From positions 2,592,001 to 2,656,000 of the forward strand of contig OZ253496.1 in the NCBI GenBank assembly GCA_965262115.1: a DNA stretch of 64,000 nucleotides. The letters are read 5' to 3'. The number at the start of each line of letters is the position of its first letter. Position 1 is the first letter of the stretch. Below the pieces are notes generated by a model, which saw only the letters and a list, made by a program, of their open reading frames with translations, was not told the origin of the DNA and made no database searches. This stretch comes from Nitrospinales bacterium. Its GTDB lineage: Bacteria > Nitrospinota > Nitrospinia > Nitrospinales > VA-1. Position numbers and translations under genes: made by a program. Shown here one piece after another: positions 10,000-19,969 of the stretch.

Positions 10000-10437
10000 T
10001 TATCGGGTGACTTGCTTGTTCATGGATTCGAGCCGGTTCACCAGAATCTCGATTAATTTATCTTTTAATTTGGTGGGAATTGCTGGCTTGAGTTCGTCTA
10101 TATTTTGGTATCGATCTTTAGTGCGATGACGTCTCCATCGGCGATGACGCTGGTGGTTCGAGTCCGTTTGGCAATGCAGGCGATCTCCCCGAATATGGCA
10201 CTCGCCTTGAGTTTGGTGATGGCCACTTCCTTAGGGTTACTTTGGGTTATGGCCACCACCCCTTTGAGGAGTACGAAAAAAGAAAAATCCATATCCCCCC
10301 TCCCTGATGATTACATCGGAAGGCAGGTATTTATAAATCTGGTTTTCCAGTGTACTGAGAAAATGTTTTTCTTCCCGGGTAAACCCGGAAAAAAATGAAA
10401 GTTGGTCAATCAGTTCAAATGCTTGTTCTTCGTCCAT
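10000..10437 (-). pseudogene. Cyclic-nucleotide-binding domain protein with two frameshifts
   Basis: LSFFSGFT..VIIREG / DFSFFVLLKG..IFGEIA..RTTSV / KLIEILVNRL* spread across frames; the first break is at a C6 run. Confidence 0.72.
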
Positions 10438-10617
10438 ATGGGTGGGGCTAAAAGTGAAAGGTCAGTCTCTATTGTAACGGAAATCAGGTGTTTAAGCAAA
10501 ATGATCGATGGTTTTACCCTTTTGGGGCTTGTGAGAAAAGGTAGGAAATTACAAAAGGAATAATGCCGTCACGGCAAATTAGGATCAATGAACCTCCCCC
10601 AGCCCCTCCTTGTCAGG

Positions 10618-10799
10618 AAGACCTTTGCATAACCATAGACTCTCATTGATCCTCCCCTCTCATGAGGGGAGGCAAGGCGTAGCTGCGGAGGGGTGTGGAT
10701 TGTTTTTGACGGAATTCATAATCCAACCCTCCCCTGGCCCCTCCCTATGAAGGGAGGGGAAATTTCTGCTTCCGCATTTTTGACTTACGCAAAGCTCGC
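10618..10799. mobile_element. 182-bp MITE with imperfect terminal IRs and a 9-bp target duplication
   Basis: Left end AAGACCTTTGCATAA, right end TTACGCAAAGCTCGC; CTTGTCAGG at 10609-10617 and 10800-10808; internal inverted CCTCCC..GGGAGG hairpins. Confidence 0.75.
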
Positions 10800-10873
10800 C
10801 TTGTCAGGAGGGGAGTTGTTTTTAGCGGCTCGCGAAGGGACAACCGAGCGTCTGCCGTAAGCTGGGCCCAGCG

Positions 10874-12382
10874 TTACGCTGGGCCCAGCCATCGGAGTTT
10901 GGGGTTGCGGGCGGCCTGGGCTTCGTCTGGACGCGACACTTTTGACAGCCTTGGCGAGGCATGAAAGCTTTCAGGATCTTCCTTGCCTTTTTTGGCGATG
11001 GACTTCATAGCCTCGATGAAATCGTCGAGCGTCTCTTTCGATTCTGTTTCGGTCGGTTCGATCATCAATGCCCCTTTGACAATCAACGGAAAATAAACCG
11101 TCGGTGGATGAAAGCCGTAGTCGATGAGCGCCTTGGCAAAATCCATCGTGGTGATGCCTTGTCCTTTGTCGTTGAAAACGCATTCATGCAGGCTGGCTCC
11201 GGTGAAGGGCAGGTGGAACGTGTCCTTCAGTCGGGCGCGAATATAGTTGGCGTTCAGCACAGCGGATTGCGCCGCTTGCCGGATGCCTTCGGGTCCAAGT
11301 GTGCGGATGTAGGCATAGGCGCGTAACAACATGCCGAAATTACCGTTGAACGATTTCAGTCTTCCGACGCTTTCGGGTCGGTCCGCATTAAGCCGATATT
11401 TTGATCCGACTTTCTCCACCACTGGCGCAGGCAGGTAGGGTTCGAGAATACCCTTGATGCATACCGGACCGGCGCCAGGTCCGCCGCCGCCATGCGGAGT
11501 CGAGAAAGTTTTGTGCAGGTTTATGTGGAGCACATCGATTCCCATATCTCCCATTTTAGCGATACCCATGATGGCGTTGAGATTGGCGCCATCGCAATAG
11601 ACCAGGCCGCCTTTTTTGTGGACGATCTCCGTGATTTTTAAAATATCCTTCTCGAACATTCCCAGCGTGTTGGGATTGGTCAGCATGATCGCCGCTGTTT
11701 CTTCATCCATTGCCACTTCGAGTTTTGCGACATCAATCGTCCCTTCGGCGTTGGACGGCAGTTGAATGGACTTGTATCCACATAACGTAGCGCTGGCCGG
11801 ATTGGTGCCGTGGGCCGAGTCGGGCAGTAACACTTTTTTTCTGGGGTTGCCTTTTGCCGAGTGACAGGCGTGGATCATCAGCATACCGGCGAACTCGCCC
11901 TGTGCTCCGGCGGCCGGGTGCAGGCTGGCGTGCTCCATGCCGCTGATGGTTTTCAGGCATTCCTGCAATTCATACATTAATTGAAGGCTTCCTTGCGAGT
12001 CTGCGTCCGGAGTCATTGGATGGTGCTGGGCGAAACCGGGTAACCGCGCCAGAGTTTCATTGATTTTTGGATTGTATTTCATGGTGCACGATCCCAATGG
12101 ATAAAAATTAGTGTCGATGCTGAAGTTCCATTGGGACAGCCGGGTGTAATGGCGAACCACATCGAGTTCCGTCAGTTCGGGAAGTTCATCAATGGCCTCG
12201 CGGATTTCTGCAGGCGGGAGGAGAGTCTCAATTTCCACTTCCGGCACATCACAGGAAGGCAGGGAATAGGCTTTTCGTCCCGGTGAGCCCATTTCAAAAA
12301 CGAGGGGTTCCTCAAAGATCAATCCGGGTGTTCCCGGAGTTTTTGATTCTTTCGACTCTTTCGATACTTGTGCCTGGCTCAT
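10874..12382 (-). CDS. gcvPB: Glycine dehydrogenase (decarboxylating) subunit 2
   Basis: YPLGSCTMKYNPK, SAHGTNPAS, PLP-lysine motif LHKTFSTPHGGGGPG, EPTETE. Confidence 0.95.
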   Translation of the reverse strand: MSQAQVSKESKESKTPGTPGLIFEEPLVFEMGSPGRKAYSLPSCDVPEVEIETLLPPAEIREAIDELPELTELDVVRHYTRLSQWNFSIDTNFYPLGSCTMKYNPKINETLARLPGFAQHHPMTPDADSQGSLQLMYELQECLKTISGMEHASLHPAAGAQGEFAGMLMIHACHSAKGNPRKKVLLPDSAHGTNPASATLCGYKSIQLPSNAEGTIDVAKLEVAMDEETAAIMLTNPNTLGMFEKDILKITEIVHKKGGLVYCDGANLNAIMGIAKMGDMGIDVLHINLHKTFSTPHGGGGPGAGPVCIKGILEPYLPAPVVEKVGSKYRLNADRPESVGRLKSFNGNFGMLLRAYAYIRTLGPEGIRQAAQSAVLNANYIRARLKDTFHLPFTGASLHECVFNDKGQGITTMDFAKALIDYGFHPPTVYFPLIVKGALMIEPTETESKETLDDFIEAMKSIAKKGKEDPESFHASPRLSKVSRPDEAQAARNPKLRWLGPA

Positions 12383-12407
12383 GATTTTCCCTTTGTATAA
12401 GGAAAGG

Positions 12408-13514
12408 TTAATGGGTGTTCAACATTTTCAGCAGGATGTCGAGGACTGTGTCGGCAGACAGGGAGTCGTCGTCCCTTTCTTCCAGCACTACACTGGCTGA
12501 GTTAAGGGGCTCCCAACGTCTGATTTCCCCATGTTTAAAGATCACGCAGACCGGCTTGTCGACCGCCGAGGCGAGGTGCATGATGCCGGTGTGGTTGCAG
12601 AGTAAAACATCGCATTCCTGAATCAAAAGCGCAAGTTCTTTTGCGCTGAGCAGGGGAAGAAGTTGTGGTTTTTTCTGCATGCTGGCGATGGCGTTTTTAA
12701 GTTCGGCCTCTTCTCCGGGTCCGTTGACCATCCAGACCTGTGCTGATTCCAGCAGTTGTTCGATCACCGTCCTGAATTTCTCCCGCCGCCAGCCCCATTT
12801 TGCGATGCGGGTACTGGACTTGACCAGCAACACCGGCTGATCCGGTGAGGAGCGATACTCCCGGATGAGGTCTGCAACTTTTCGCGTCTCATCAGGATTA
12901 AAATAAAGCCGGGGCTGACTGGAAAGTTTCTCAATGCCCAGGGCTCGCAGAATTTCCAGATTGTTTTCGGTTTCGTGTCGTGGCGGACCTTGCACCGGCA
13001 CCCGGATGTTATGCGCCCAGGCGTTTTCCTGATGTTCGTAACCAATGCGTATTTTTGCGCCGGAACAAAGGCTGAAAAATGTGGCGGTGGCGCTGAATGT
13101 TTTGTTGAGAGTCAGTGTCAGGTCGAAATGTTCGTCTCTCAGTTGGCGAAAGACATTTAAAGGTTGTTTGGGGTTGAAGGCAAACACCCGATTTAAATTC
13201 GGGTTGTCAGCCAGAAGCTCTGACTGGGTGCTGTCCACCAGAACGCTGATCTGCAAATGCGGGAATTCTTTTTTTAAAGTTTCGTAAACCGGAGTGGAGA
13301 GCACGACATCGCCGAGCCTGTCGGGGCGTATGACTAAAACCGTATTGATGTTGCTGAAGTCCAGCGGCAGGTCTGGTGGACTGGGGGCCTTACCGGCGCA
13401 GGCGCCGACCAGCTTCCATAACAGTTGCTTGGCTTTTTTTTCAATTGTGTGCAGGGCTTGGTTGGCCATGGGTTGTGTGAGGTGCGGGAACTGTTGAGTG
13501 ACGCATTGACCCAT
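12408..13514 (-). CDS. Glycosyltransferase family 9 (LPS heptosyltransferase-like)
   Basis: IRPDRLGDVVLSTP, TGIMHLASA; true start may be about 15 codons downstream. Confidence 0.85.
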   Translation of the reverse strand: MGQCVTQQFPHLTQPMANQALHTIEKKAKQLLWKLVGACAGKAPSPPDLPLDFSNINTVLVIRPDRLGDVVLSTPVYETLKKEFPHLQISVLVDSTQSELLADNPNLNRVFAFNPKQPLNVFRQLRDEHFDLTLTLNKTFSATATFFSLCSGAKIRIGYEHQENAWAHNIRVPVQGPPRHETENNLEILRALGIEKLSSQPRLYFNPDETRKVADLIREYRSSPDQPVLLVKSSTRIAKWGWRREKFRTVIEQLLESAQVWMVNGPGEEAELKNAIASMQKKPQLLPLLSAKELALLIQECDVLLCNHTGIMHLASAVDKPVCVIFKHGEIRRWEPLNSASVVLEERDDDSLSADTVLDILLKMLNTH

Positions 13515-13538
13515 CGGGCAAAGATTGGGTCGATTACT

Positions 13539-13706
13539 TTATAGCGGCAGTGCTTCATCAATGAGCATGATGGGGATGTCACCTTTGATCGGATATTTCA
13601 AAGCGCAGGGCTTGCAATCCAGCCCGTCTTCTTTTTCTGCCAGTTCAAGGTCTCCCTTGCATTTGGGGCAGACCAGAATGTCCAGCAATTCCTTATCGAT
13701 TCCCAT
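13539..13706 (-). CDS. Trm112 family protein (55 aa, below the ORF-track cutoff)
   Basis: Manual translation MGIDKELLDILVCPKCKGDL..CKPCALKYPIKGDIPIMLIDEALPL*; AAGGA RBS. Confidence 0.88.
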   Translation of the reverse strand: MGIDKELLDILVCPKCKGDLELAEKEDGLDCKPCALKYPIKGDIPIMLIDEALPL

Positions 13707-13742
13707 GATCCTTCTCCTTTGACAATGAAACTTTTAAGGGTA

Positions 13743-14792
13743 TTATTTTTTTGTTTGTTGCTTTACGGCTTGGAACACTTCATCGACGGTCACTTGATCC
13801 ATGCATTCTTTAGTTCCCAGCGGACAGGTTTTTTTCCAGCAAAAACTGCATGGGAGCACTTTGTAAACCGTTTTGTGATTCACGCCATAAGCTCCGTTAC
13901 GCACCGGGTCGGTGGGGCCAAAGATGGAAACTGTGGGAATGCCTAACGCCGCGCCGAGGTGAAGCGGACCTGAATCACAGCTTACCAGCAGCGCCATCCG
14001 TTTGTACAGGGCAATAGATTCTAAAATAGAAGTGGGAGGGGCGATCCAGTTTTTTTGTTGCATATGGGCGGAGATTTGCTGGACTTTAGATTCTTCACCC
14101 GGCCCCCATGTCAGCATAATAGAACATCCCAACCCTTCTGAGATGCGGTCGGCCAGTTTGGCGAAGCGGACCAGCTCCCATTGTTTGCTTTCGAATCCCG
14201 CGCCCGGATTGATGCCTATGACCGGACGGGCGGTCAACTCCGGGTGCTGGTCAAAGAAGTGTGCTACTTTCTCGTTCATTTCGTCAGGAACCTGAAGCGG
14301 GAAGAGTTTGCTCTCCGCAACTTTGTCCAGCGCGGTTTGCAAAAGTGTGAGGTACATATCGACAACATGGAGTCCGCCTGCCATGTAGGGGCCTTTTTGG
14401 TTGGTGAACAGGGTGCTGAATTTTTCCTTGCAGTTATTCCGGTGGAATCCAACACGGGTTGGGGCGCCGCTCAATTTGGCGATGATGCCACTTTTGAGGA
14501 GCCCGTGCAGGTCGAAGACAAGATCAAATTTATGTCGGCGCAGAGTTTTGATTGTGTCCAGAATTTCTGCGAGCGATTTAGCGTTCCAGTTTTTGCGCCA
14601 CACTTTGCTGCGCAGGGGGATGACCTCATCGATATCGGGGTTGCCACGCAGGATATCCTGATAGCGTTCTTCCACCATCCAGGCGATATAGGAATCGGGC
14701 AGGGATTTTCTCAGTGTGGCGGCAACGGGAAGTGTGTGGACCACATCTCCCATAGCGCTGAATTTAAGAATCAGTATTTTGCGTGGGTTCAT
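13743..14792 (-). CDS. waaC: Lipopolysaccharide heptosyltransferase (GT9, WaaC-like)
   Basis: LKFSAMGDVVHTLP, DLHGLLKS, DSGPLHL, IFGPTDP. Confidence 0.75.
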   Translation of the reverse strand: MNPRKILILKFSAMGDVVHTLPVAATLRKSLPDSYIAWMVEERYQDILRGNPDIDEVIPLRSKVWRKNWNAKSLAEILDTIKTLRRHKFDLVFDLHGLLKSGIIAKLSGAPTRVGFHRNNCKEKFSTLFTNQKGPYMAGGLHVVDMYLTLLQTALDKVAESKLFPLQVPDEMNEKVAHFFDQHPELTARPVIGINPGAGFESKQWELVRFAKLADRISEGLGCSIMLTWGPGEESKVQQISAHMQQKNWIAPPTSILESIALYKRMALLVSCDSGPLHLGAALGIPTVSIFGPTDPVRNGAYGVNHKTVYKVLPCSFCWKKTCPLGTKECMDQVTVDEVFQAVKQQTKK

Positions 14793-15351
14793 CGGTTTGT
14801 TTTTCCCCGGCAGGGCTGATGAGTTTTAAAAAACGTAAAAAGATTTGTTGGTATCCGAGGTAGCCCATCAAGCCGCCAAAGAGCGCTCCGGCAAGAACAT
14901 CGGATGGGTAGTGCACTTTCAGATAGACTCTTGAATAACAAACCAGCAGGGCAAAGACAAAAACCAGTGGGGTGATTTTACGAAAGCAAAGGCTGGCGAG
15001 GGTTGCGGCCGCGAAAATATTACCGGCATGGTTTGAGGGAAAAGAAAAACTGTTTGAGCAATTCACCACATTGATAAGGTCTGGTAAAACATTACAGGGT
15101 CTGGGGCGGGCGATCACTTCCTTAAGGATATAATGGCTGGTGGCATCGGTCAGGCCGATGGATGCGCCCATTGCCACTAGAAAGGCCAAACCATAACGTC
15201 TATAAAAAGCAAGAACCCCTACCACGCAGGCTATGCCAACATAGAAAAAATTTTCTTTAATGGAAATGAACAGCATGACTCGTCCCGCTATTGGGGATTG
15301 AAAATGCTGATTGATCCAGTAGAATACCGAAACGTCGAGATCGTATAAGAT
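14764..15351 (-). CDS. PAP2 family phosphatase
   Basis: K..IARPRP, SFPSNHA, SRVYLKVHYPSDV; the frame stays open 25 codons upstream of ATG 15276, to an ATC at 15351. Confidence 0.82.
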   Translation of the reverse strand: MLYDLDVSVFYWINQHFQSPIAGRVMLFISIKENFFYVGIACVVGVLAFYRRYGLAFLVAMGASIGLTDATSHYILKEVIARPRPCNVLPDLINVVNCSNSFSFPSNHAGNIFAAATLASLCFRKITPLVFVFALLVCYSRVYLKVHYPSDVLAGALFGGLMGYLGYQQIFLRFLKLISPAGEKQTDEPTQNTDS

Positions 15352-15483
15352 GGCGGTTCCTTATTGCGGGGATTGCGATACTTGGATTAATTTTATGGAG
15401 TTTGTGGGTTTGAGTCAAACGATTTGTCGTCCGTTGTCAGAGTGGACTGAGAAGATAGAAAATCTTTCTGACAGAAAATTTGA

Positions 15484-16200
15484 GTGCCATGCGTTATCTC
15501 CTCGCTGGAGTCGATGATGGCGAAAACTCATGATAGCGCGTTGATCCTGTTTGCTCGCGATCCGGTTCTGGGTAAGGTGAAAACGAGGTTGTCTCCCTTT
15601 CTGCAAGAAGATGATATTCTCAAACTTTATACCTGCTTTCTTCAGGACAGTCTCGACAAGATTAGGCAAGTGGAAGACGTAGACCGCTTTGTGGGAGTCG
15701 TACCCTCGAACGAGTCCGGCTTTTTTAACGGAATGTCTGGTTCCAATATCCGCCTTTTTGTTCAGGAGGGCAAGGAGTTGGGCGATAAAATGCGCCGGGC
15801 CATTCAAGACCGATTTGCCGAAGGGTATAAGAGAGTGGTTATCATTGGTTCAGACAGCCCTTCGTTGCCGGTTCCTTATATCCGCCGAGCTCTGGGTTCC
15901 GATAAGGACATGGTTCTGGGGCCGAGCACCGATGGAGGCTACTACCTGATCGGCATGCGGGGAAAAGTGGTCGAGGTTTTCGATGGAGTGGCCTGGGGAA
16001 CAGAAGCAGTCTTGCGAGAAACGTGTGAACGCCTGCTGCGAAGCAGGGCAGATCTGGAGCTATTGCCGGTCTGGTACGATGTCGACAGCCCGGAAGATTT
16101 AAAATTTTTTAAATCCCATTTGGAACTCATTGAACAAGCCGGACTCGGAAAGTCCGGTGAGACAGGAAAACTGCTCGGTAAGATTTTGGCGTCCCACTAA
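15484..16200 (+). CDS. DUF2064 / CofC-like nucleotidyl- or glycosyltransferase
   Basis: P..GKVKTRL, QEGKELGDKM, IIGSDSP, LGPSTDGGYYLIG, WYDVD; start probably ~15515. Confidence 0.82.
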   Translation: MPCVISSLESMMAKTHDSALILFARDPVLGKVKTRLSPFLQEDDILKLYTCFLQDSLDKIRQVEDVDRFVGVVPSNESGFFNGMSGSNIRLFVQEGKELGDKMRRAIQDRFAEGYKRVVIIGSDSPSLPVPYIRRALGSDKDMVLGPSTDGGYYLIGMRGKVVEVFDGVAWGTEAVLRETCERLLRSRADLELLPVWYDVDSPEDLKFFKSHLELIEQAGLGKSGETGKLLGKILASH

Positions 16201-16256
16201 AAATTATTTTGGACGTGCTCTTTATAGATTGGACGGAACCTAAACGGAACCCAATT

Positions 16257-17552
16257 ATGAAGCTTTGCAAATTTACAGATTCGGATTATCAGGCGGTGGT
16301 CGAGGCGTTGGAAAATCGTTCCGGCATGGATTTGTTCACCCACGATGAAACTGTTCGCAAGATATTGCAGGATGTGAAGGAGAGAGGCGATGCGGCCTTA
16401 TTGGAATACACGCACCGCTTTGACCGGCATAATCTTGAGCGGTTGCAAGTCACGCCGGATGAGATTCGGCGGGCCTATGACGGCGTGACTGAAGAAGAAC
16501 TCGCGGCATTGAAGGAAGCGGCAGAACGTATCCGCCGTTTTCACGAGCGTCAGAAGCAGGAATCCTGGCGTTATGAGGAAGAGGGCATCACTTTAGGCCA
16601 GATGGTGAGGCCGCTTGCCACCGCCGGGATCTACGTTCCGGGCGGCAAGGCGTCTTATCCTTCTTCGGTGCTTATGAATGCGATTCCGGCGAAAGTGGCG
16701 GGAGTGGATCGTGTGGTCATGTGCTCTCCGTTTCCCGATGGGCAAACTCGCCCGCATGTTCTGGTTGCGGCGGATATTGCCGGGGTCACGGAAATCTATA
16801 AGGTCGGTGGAGCTCAGGCGGTTGCCGCCATGGCTTTCGGCACCGCAACCCTGCCACGGGTGGACAAGATAGTCGGACCCGGTAATATATTTGTAGCGTT
16901 GGCCAAACGGCTGGTTTTTGGAATTGTGGATATCGACATGATAGCCGGTCCCAGTGAAATCCTGATTGTGGCCGATCACAGCGCAAACCCGGCTTATGTG
17001 GCGGCAGACCTGTTGTCGCAGGCTGAGCATGATGAAGAAGCAGTGCCAATTCTGGTGACCCCGGAGGAAGGCCTGGCCCGAGAGGTAATGGTGGAGTTGG
17101 AGAAGCAAAAGAGCTTACTCAGCCGTCAGTCTATTACGGAAGCTTCTTTAAATACCCAGTGCCGACTACTGGTGACGGAGTCTCTTGAGGCCGCGGTCGA
17201 TCTGGCCAATCGCCTGGCCCCGGAGCACCTGGAATTAGCCCTGGAAGACCCGGAACATTGGGCGGAAAAGATTCAGAACGCGGGAGCGGTATTTTTGGGG
17301 CATTACACGCCGGAGGCAGTCGGGGACTACCTGGCGGGTCCCAATCATGTATTGCCCACCAGTGGCACGGCCCGGTTTTCGTCGCCGCTCGGAGTGTATG
17401 ATTTCGTGAAACGGACCAGCTTGATTTCCTATTCCCGCACGGCTCTGGAAAAATGTGGCAAAACTTTAACATTATTGGCCGAAATGGAGGATTTGGGGGC
17501 GCATGCAAATTCGGTCAAAATGCGTATTGAGGGAGGCAAAAAAAACTCTTAA
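16257..17552 (+). CDS. hisD: Histidinol dehydrogenase
   Basis: [48 protein letters not shown]. Confidence 0.96.
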   Translation: MKLCKFTDSDYQAVVEALENRSGMDLFTHDETVRKILQDVKERGDAALLEYTHRFDRHNLERLQVTPDEIRRAYDGVTEEELAALKEAAERIRRFHERQKQESWRYEEEGITLGQMVRPLATAGIYVPGGKASYPSSVLMNAIPAKVAGVDRVVMCSPFPDGQTRPHVLVAADIAGVTEIYKVGGAQAVAAMAFGTATLPRVDKIVGPGNIFVALAKRLVFGIVDIDMIAGPSEILIVADHSANPAYVAADLLSQAEHDEEAVPILVTPEEGLAREVMVELEKQKSLLSRQSITEASLNTQCRLLVTESLEAAVDLANRLAPEHLELALEDPEHWAEKIQNAGAVFLGHYTPEAVGDYLAGPNHVLPTSGTARFSSPLGVYDFVKRTSLISYSRTALEKCGKTLTLLAEMEDLGAHANSVKMRIEGGKKNS

Positions 17553-17916
17553 AGACACCATATTTTCAGGGCCCCAGGCCTCGATTTTGTCTTGACACTT
17601 CTGAAAGTCTGTGCTCTAATCACCATCATTTTGGGAGATTTTGCGCCAAAAATGATGTGGCAAGATAGGGCTGGAAAACCCATGCAAAATAGCAAGTTAC
17701 GGGTTTTTGAGGGAATTCCGGGCCTCGCTCCGGTGAAGAGTTAGAGGCACATCCGGTGTTGTCACCGAGGCTGAAAAATTTGAGATTTTTTTGGGGAAAA
17801 TTAATTTAGATTCAACTCAATTTTAAAGAAGTGAGATTTATACATAATGAGTAGGTACCTTTTATAGTTTTGTATTACTAGCTACGGGTCCTGATCAGGT
17901 CCAAAAGGAGGTTAAC

Positions 17917-19890
17917 ATGTTGGGGAAAAACAAACTTAGCATAAAGGCGTTCTCATTGGGACTGCTACTGGCCATGGTCATGTACTTTGTTCCAGGCATG
18001 ACCAGTGATGCGATTGCCAAGGAAGTGTCTGCAGAGCAGGTTTTTGCTGAAGAGGCGTTCGCCAAAGAAGTTCAGGCGGAAGAGGCCGTTGACGGCGAAG
18101 GCGAGGCAGAAGTTGAGTGGAGCCAGGACGTATTCTATAAGGACTGGGAAGGTAGCCCGCTGAAAGGTCCTGTGAGTGGTTTTCCTGCTCCGGAACTGGG
18201 TCCGTCGGACTATAACAATTATGAGTTCGCTCCCAGCCGCATGCTTTTATGGGTTGCCAATCAGCAGCATCTTTATTTTGGTAGCTTTGTTCTGGCGGTT
18301 CCGATTTTTTGTATGCTCATCGAGTTTATTGGGGTTCGAACCAGGGAAGAGGATCCGGTTATGTCGGCCAAGTATGACCGGCTGGCGCATGACCTGATGA
18401 AGGTCAGCTTGACCGCTTATTCCTGGACAGCAATCCTCGGTGGTATTCTTCTTTTTACATTCATCACATTATTCCCGGGCTTCTTCAAGTATATGGCAGG
18501 CATTTTCCGTCCGGTTATGCATGTGTATGCACTGATGTTCCTGGCTGAGTCCGGCATTCTCTACGTCTACTACTACGGCTGGGACAGAATGAACGAAGAC
18601 AAGTTTCTGAAATGGATTCACTGTAGCCTTTCGGTTCTTCTCAACCTCGTCGGTACGGTTCTGATGTATCTGGCCAATTCCTGGGCGACCTTCATGCAGG
18701 CTCCCGGCGGAATTGACTCCGAAGGCCGTTTCCTGGGAAATATCTGGCACGTTATCCATTCCACTCTCTGGAACCCGGTCGGTGTTCACCGGATTCTCGG
18801 AAACATCGTGTTCGGAGGTGGAATCGTAGGCGCTTACGCCGCATACCATTACCTCACTGCTAAAAATGAGGAGGAGAAGGCGCATTACGACTGGGTATGT
18901 TATGTCGCCATGTTTATCTGTATCTTTGGTTTGATCCCGCTTCCTTTCGCGGGTTACTGGTTGATGAAGGAAGTGTATGCTTTCCGCCAGCAGATGGGTA
19001 TCACCCTGATGGGTGGCATCATGGCCTGGTTGTTCATCATTCAGGCGGTAATGATCGGGCTCCTGTTCTTCGCTGCTAATTCCTATTTGCATAATGGAAT
19101 GGCGCGGGTCAAGGGGTCGCACCGTTATATGAAATATTGTAAATATATGATTCTTATCTTGATCGTATGTTTCACCATGTGGATGACTCCGCATACCATC
19201 GTTATGACTCCGGCGGAGTTGAAGGCGATGGGTGGCGCGCAGCATCCCATTGTGGGCCATTTTGGGGTCATGTCGGCCAAGAACACAGCGGTGAACCTTA
19301 TGATCACCACTACGATTCTCTGCTTTTTGTTGTACCAGAGAGCCAATAAGAAGATTAACGTGCCTTGGGCCACAGTGGGCAACTGCTGGATCGCGGCTAT
19401 TTTTGTCGGCGCAGCTGCTAACATCATCTTCCTGGGCATTTATGGTTATTTCCTCCCTGCTAACCAACGGGTTGGGCTCTCCGTACCTCAGGTAACCACC
19501 ACGCTGACGACCCTTTTTGCGGGCACGGCGATCAATATCTCCATGTTTAAGGATTCTGAATCCTATGGGGATATTCAATGGGGTAGCCAGTCCAAGGTAG
19601 GAACTTACGCCATTTTCCTTCTGGCGATTTCCTTCACCTGGTTGATGGGTCTCATGGGTTACATCCGTTCTGCTGTTCGCTTGTTCTGGCACGTGACGGA
19701 GGTGGTTCGTGATAATTCTGTTGACGCTTATACGCTCACGATTGGTGAAGCGGGTAAGATGCTTACCTTCAACACTCTTTTTGTGTGGACACAATTCGTG
19801 GTCGTGTTCTGGGTAGGTAGTTTGACCGGTAAATCAGTCGAAGCAAAAGCTCCGGAGGGCGTTCCGGTACCGGCTCAACAACAGCAATAA
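17917..19890 (+). CDS. Cytochrome bd-like oxidase subunit I (CydA-like, Nitrospira/Nitrospina type)
   Basis: Polytopic membrane protein with QQHLYFGSFVLAVP, FLAE, NSWATFMQAP, HRILGN, MGYIRS; AGGAGG RBS. Confidence 0.8.
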   Translation: MLGKNKLSIKAFSLGLLLAMVMYFVPGMTSDAIAKEVSAEQVFAEEAFAKEVQAEEAVDGEGEAEVEWSQDVFYKDWEGSPLKGPVSGFPAPELGPSDYNNYEFAPSRMLLWVANQQHLYFGSFVLAVPIFCMLIEFIGVRTREEDPVMSAKYDRLAHDLMKVSLTAYSWTAILGGILLFTFITLFPGFFKYMAGIFRPVMHVYALMFLAESGILYVYYYGWDRMNEDKFLKWIHCSLSVLLNLVGTVLMYLANSWATFMQAPGGIDSEGRFLGNIWHVIHSTLWNPVGVHRILGNIVFGGGIVGAYAAYHYLTAKNEEEKAHYDWVCYVAMFICIFGLIPLPFAGYWLMKEVYAFRQQMGITLMGGIMAWLFIIQAVMIGLLFFAANSYLHNGMARVKGSHRYMKYCKYMILILIVCFTMWMTPHTIVMTPAELKAMGGAQHPIVGHFGVMSAKNTAVNLMITTTILCFLLYQRANKKINVPWATVGNCWIAAIFVGAAANIIFLGIYGYFLPANQRVGLSVPQVTTTLTTLFAGTAINISMFKDSESYGDIQWGSQSKVGTYAIFLLAISFTWLMGLMGYIRSAVRLFWHVTEVVRDNSVDAYTLTIGEAGKMLTFNTLFVWTQFVVVFWVGSLTGKSVEAKAPEGVPVPAQQQQ

Positions 19891-19969
19891 CTGCTAACAA
19901 TTTGGCGGGGATCCCCTCCTTGGGCCCCCCCTAACCAATTAATCAGAGGATTCAGGAGGGAGAGGAGAA

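Noticed and set aside
18469..19794. 441-aa antisense ORF, and similar long shadow ORFs at 22354-23502 and 6433-7269
   Set aside because: They lie opposite well-supported genes, have no recognisable motifs and are explained by codon bias on the coding strand.
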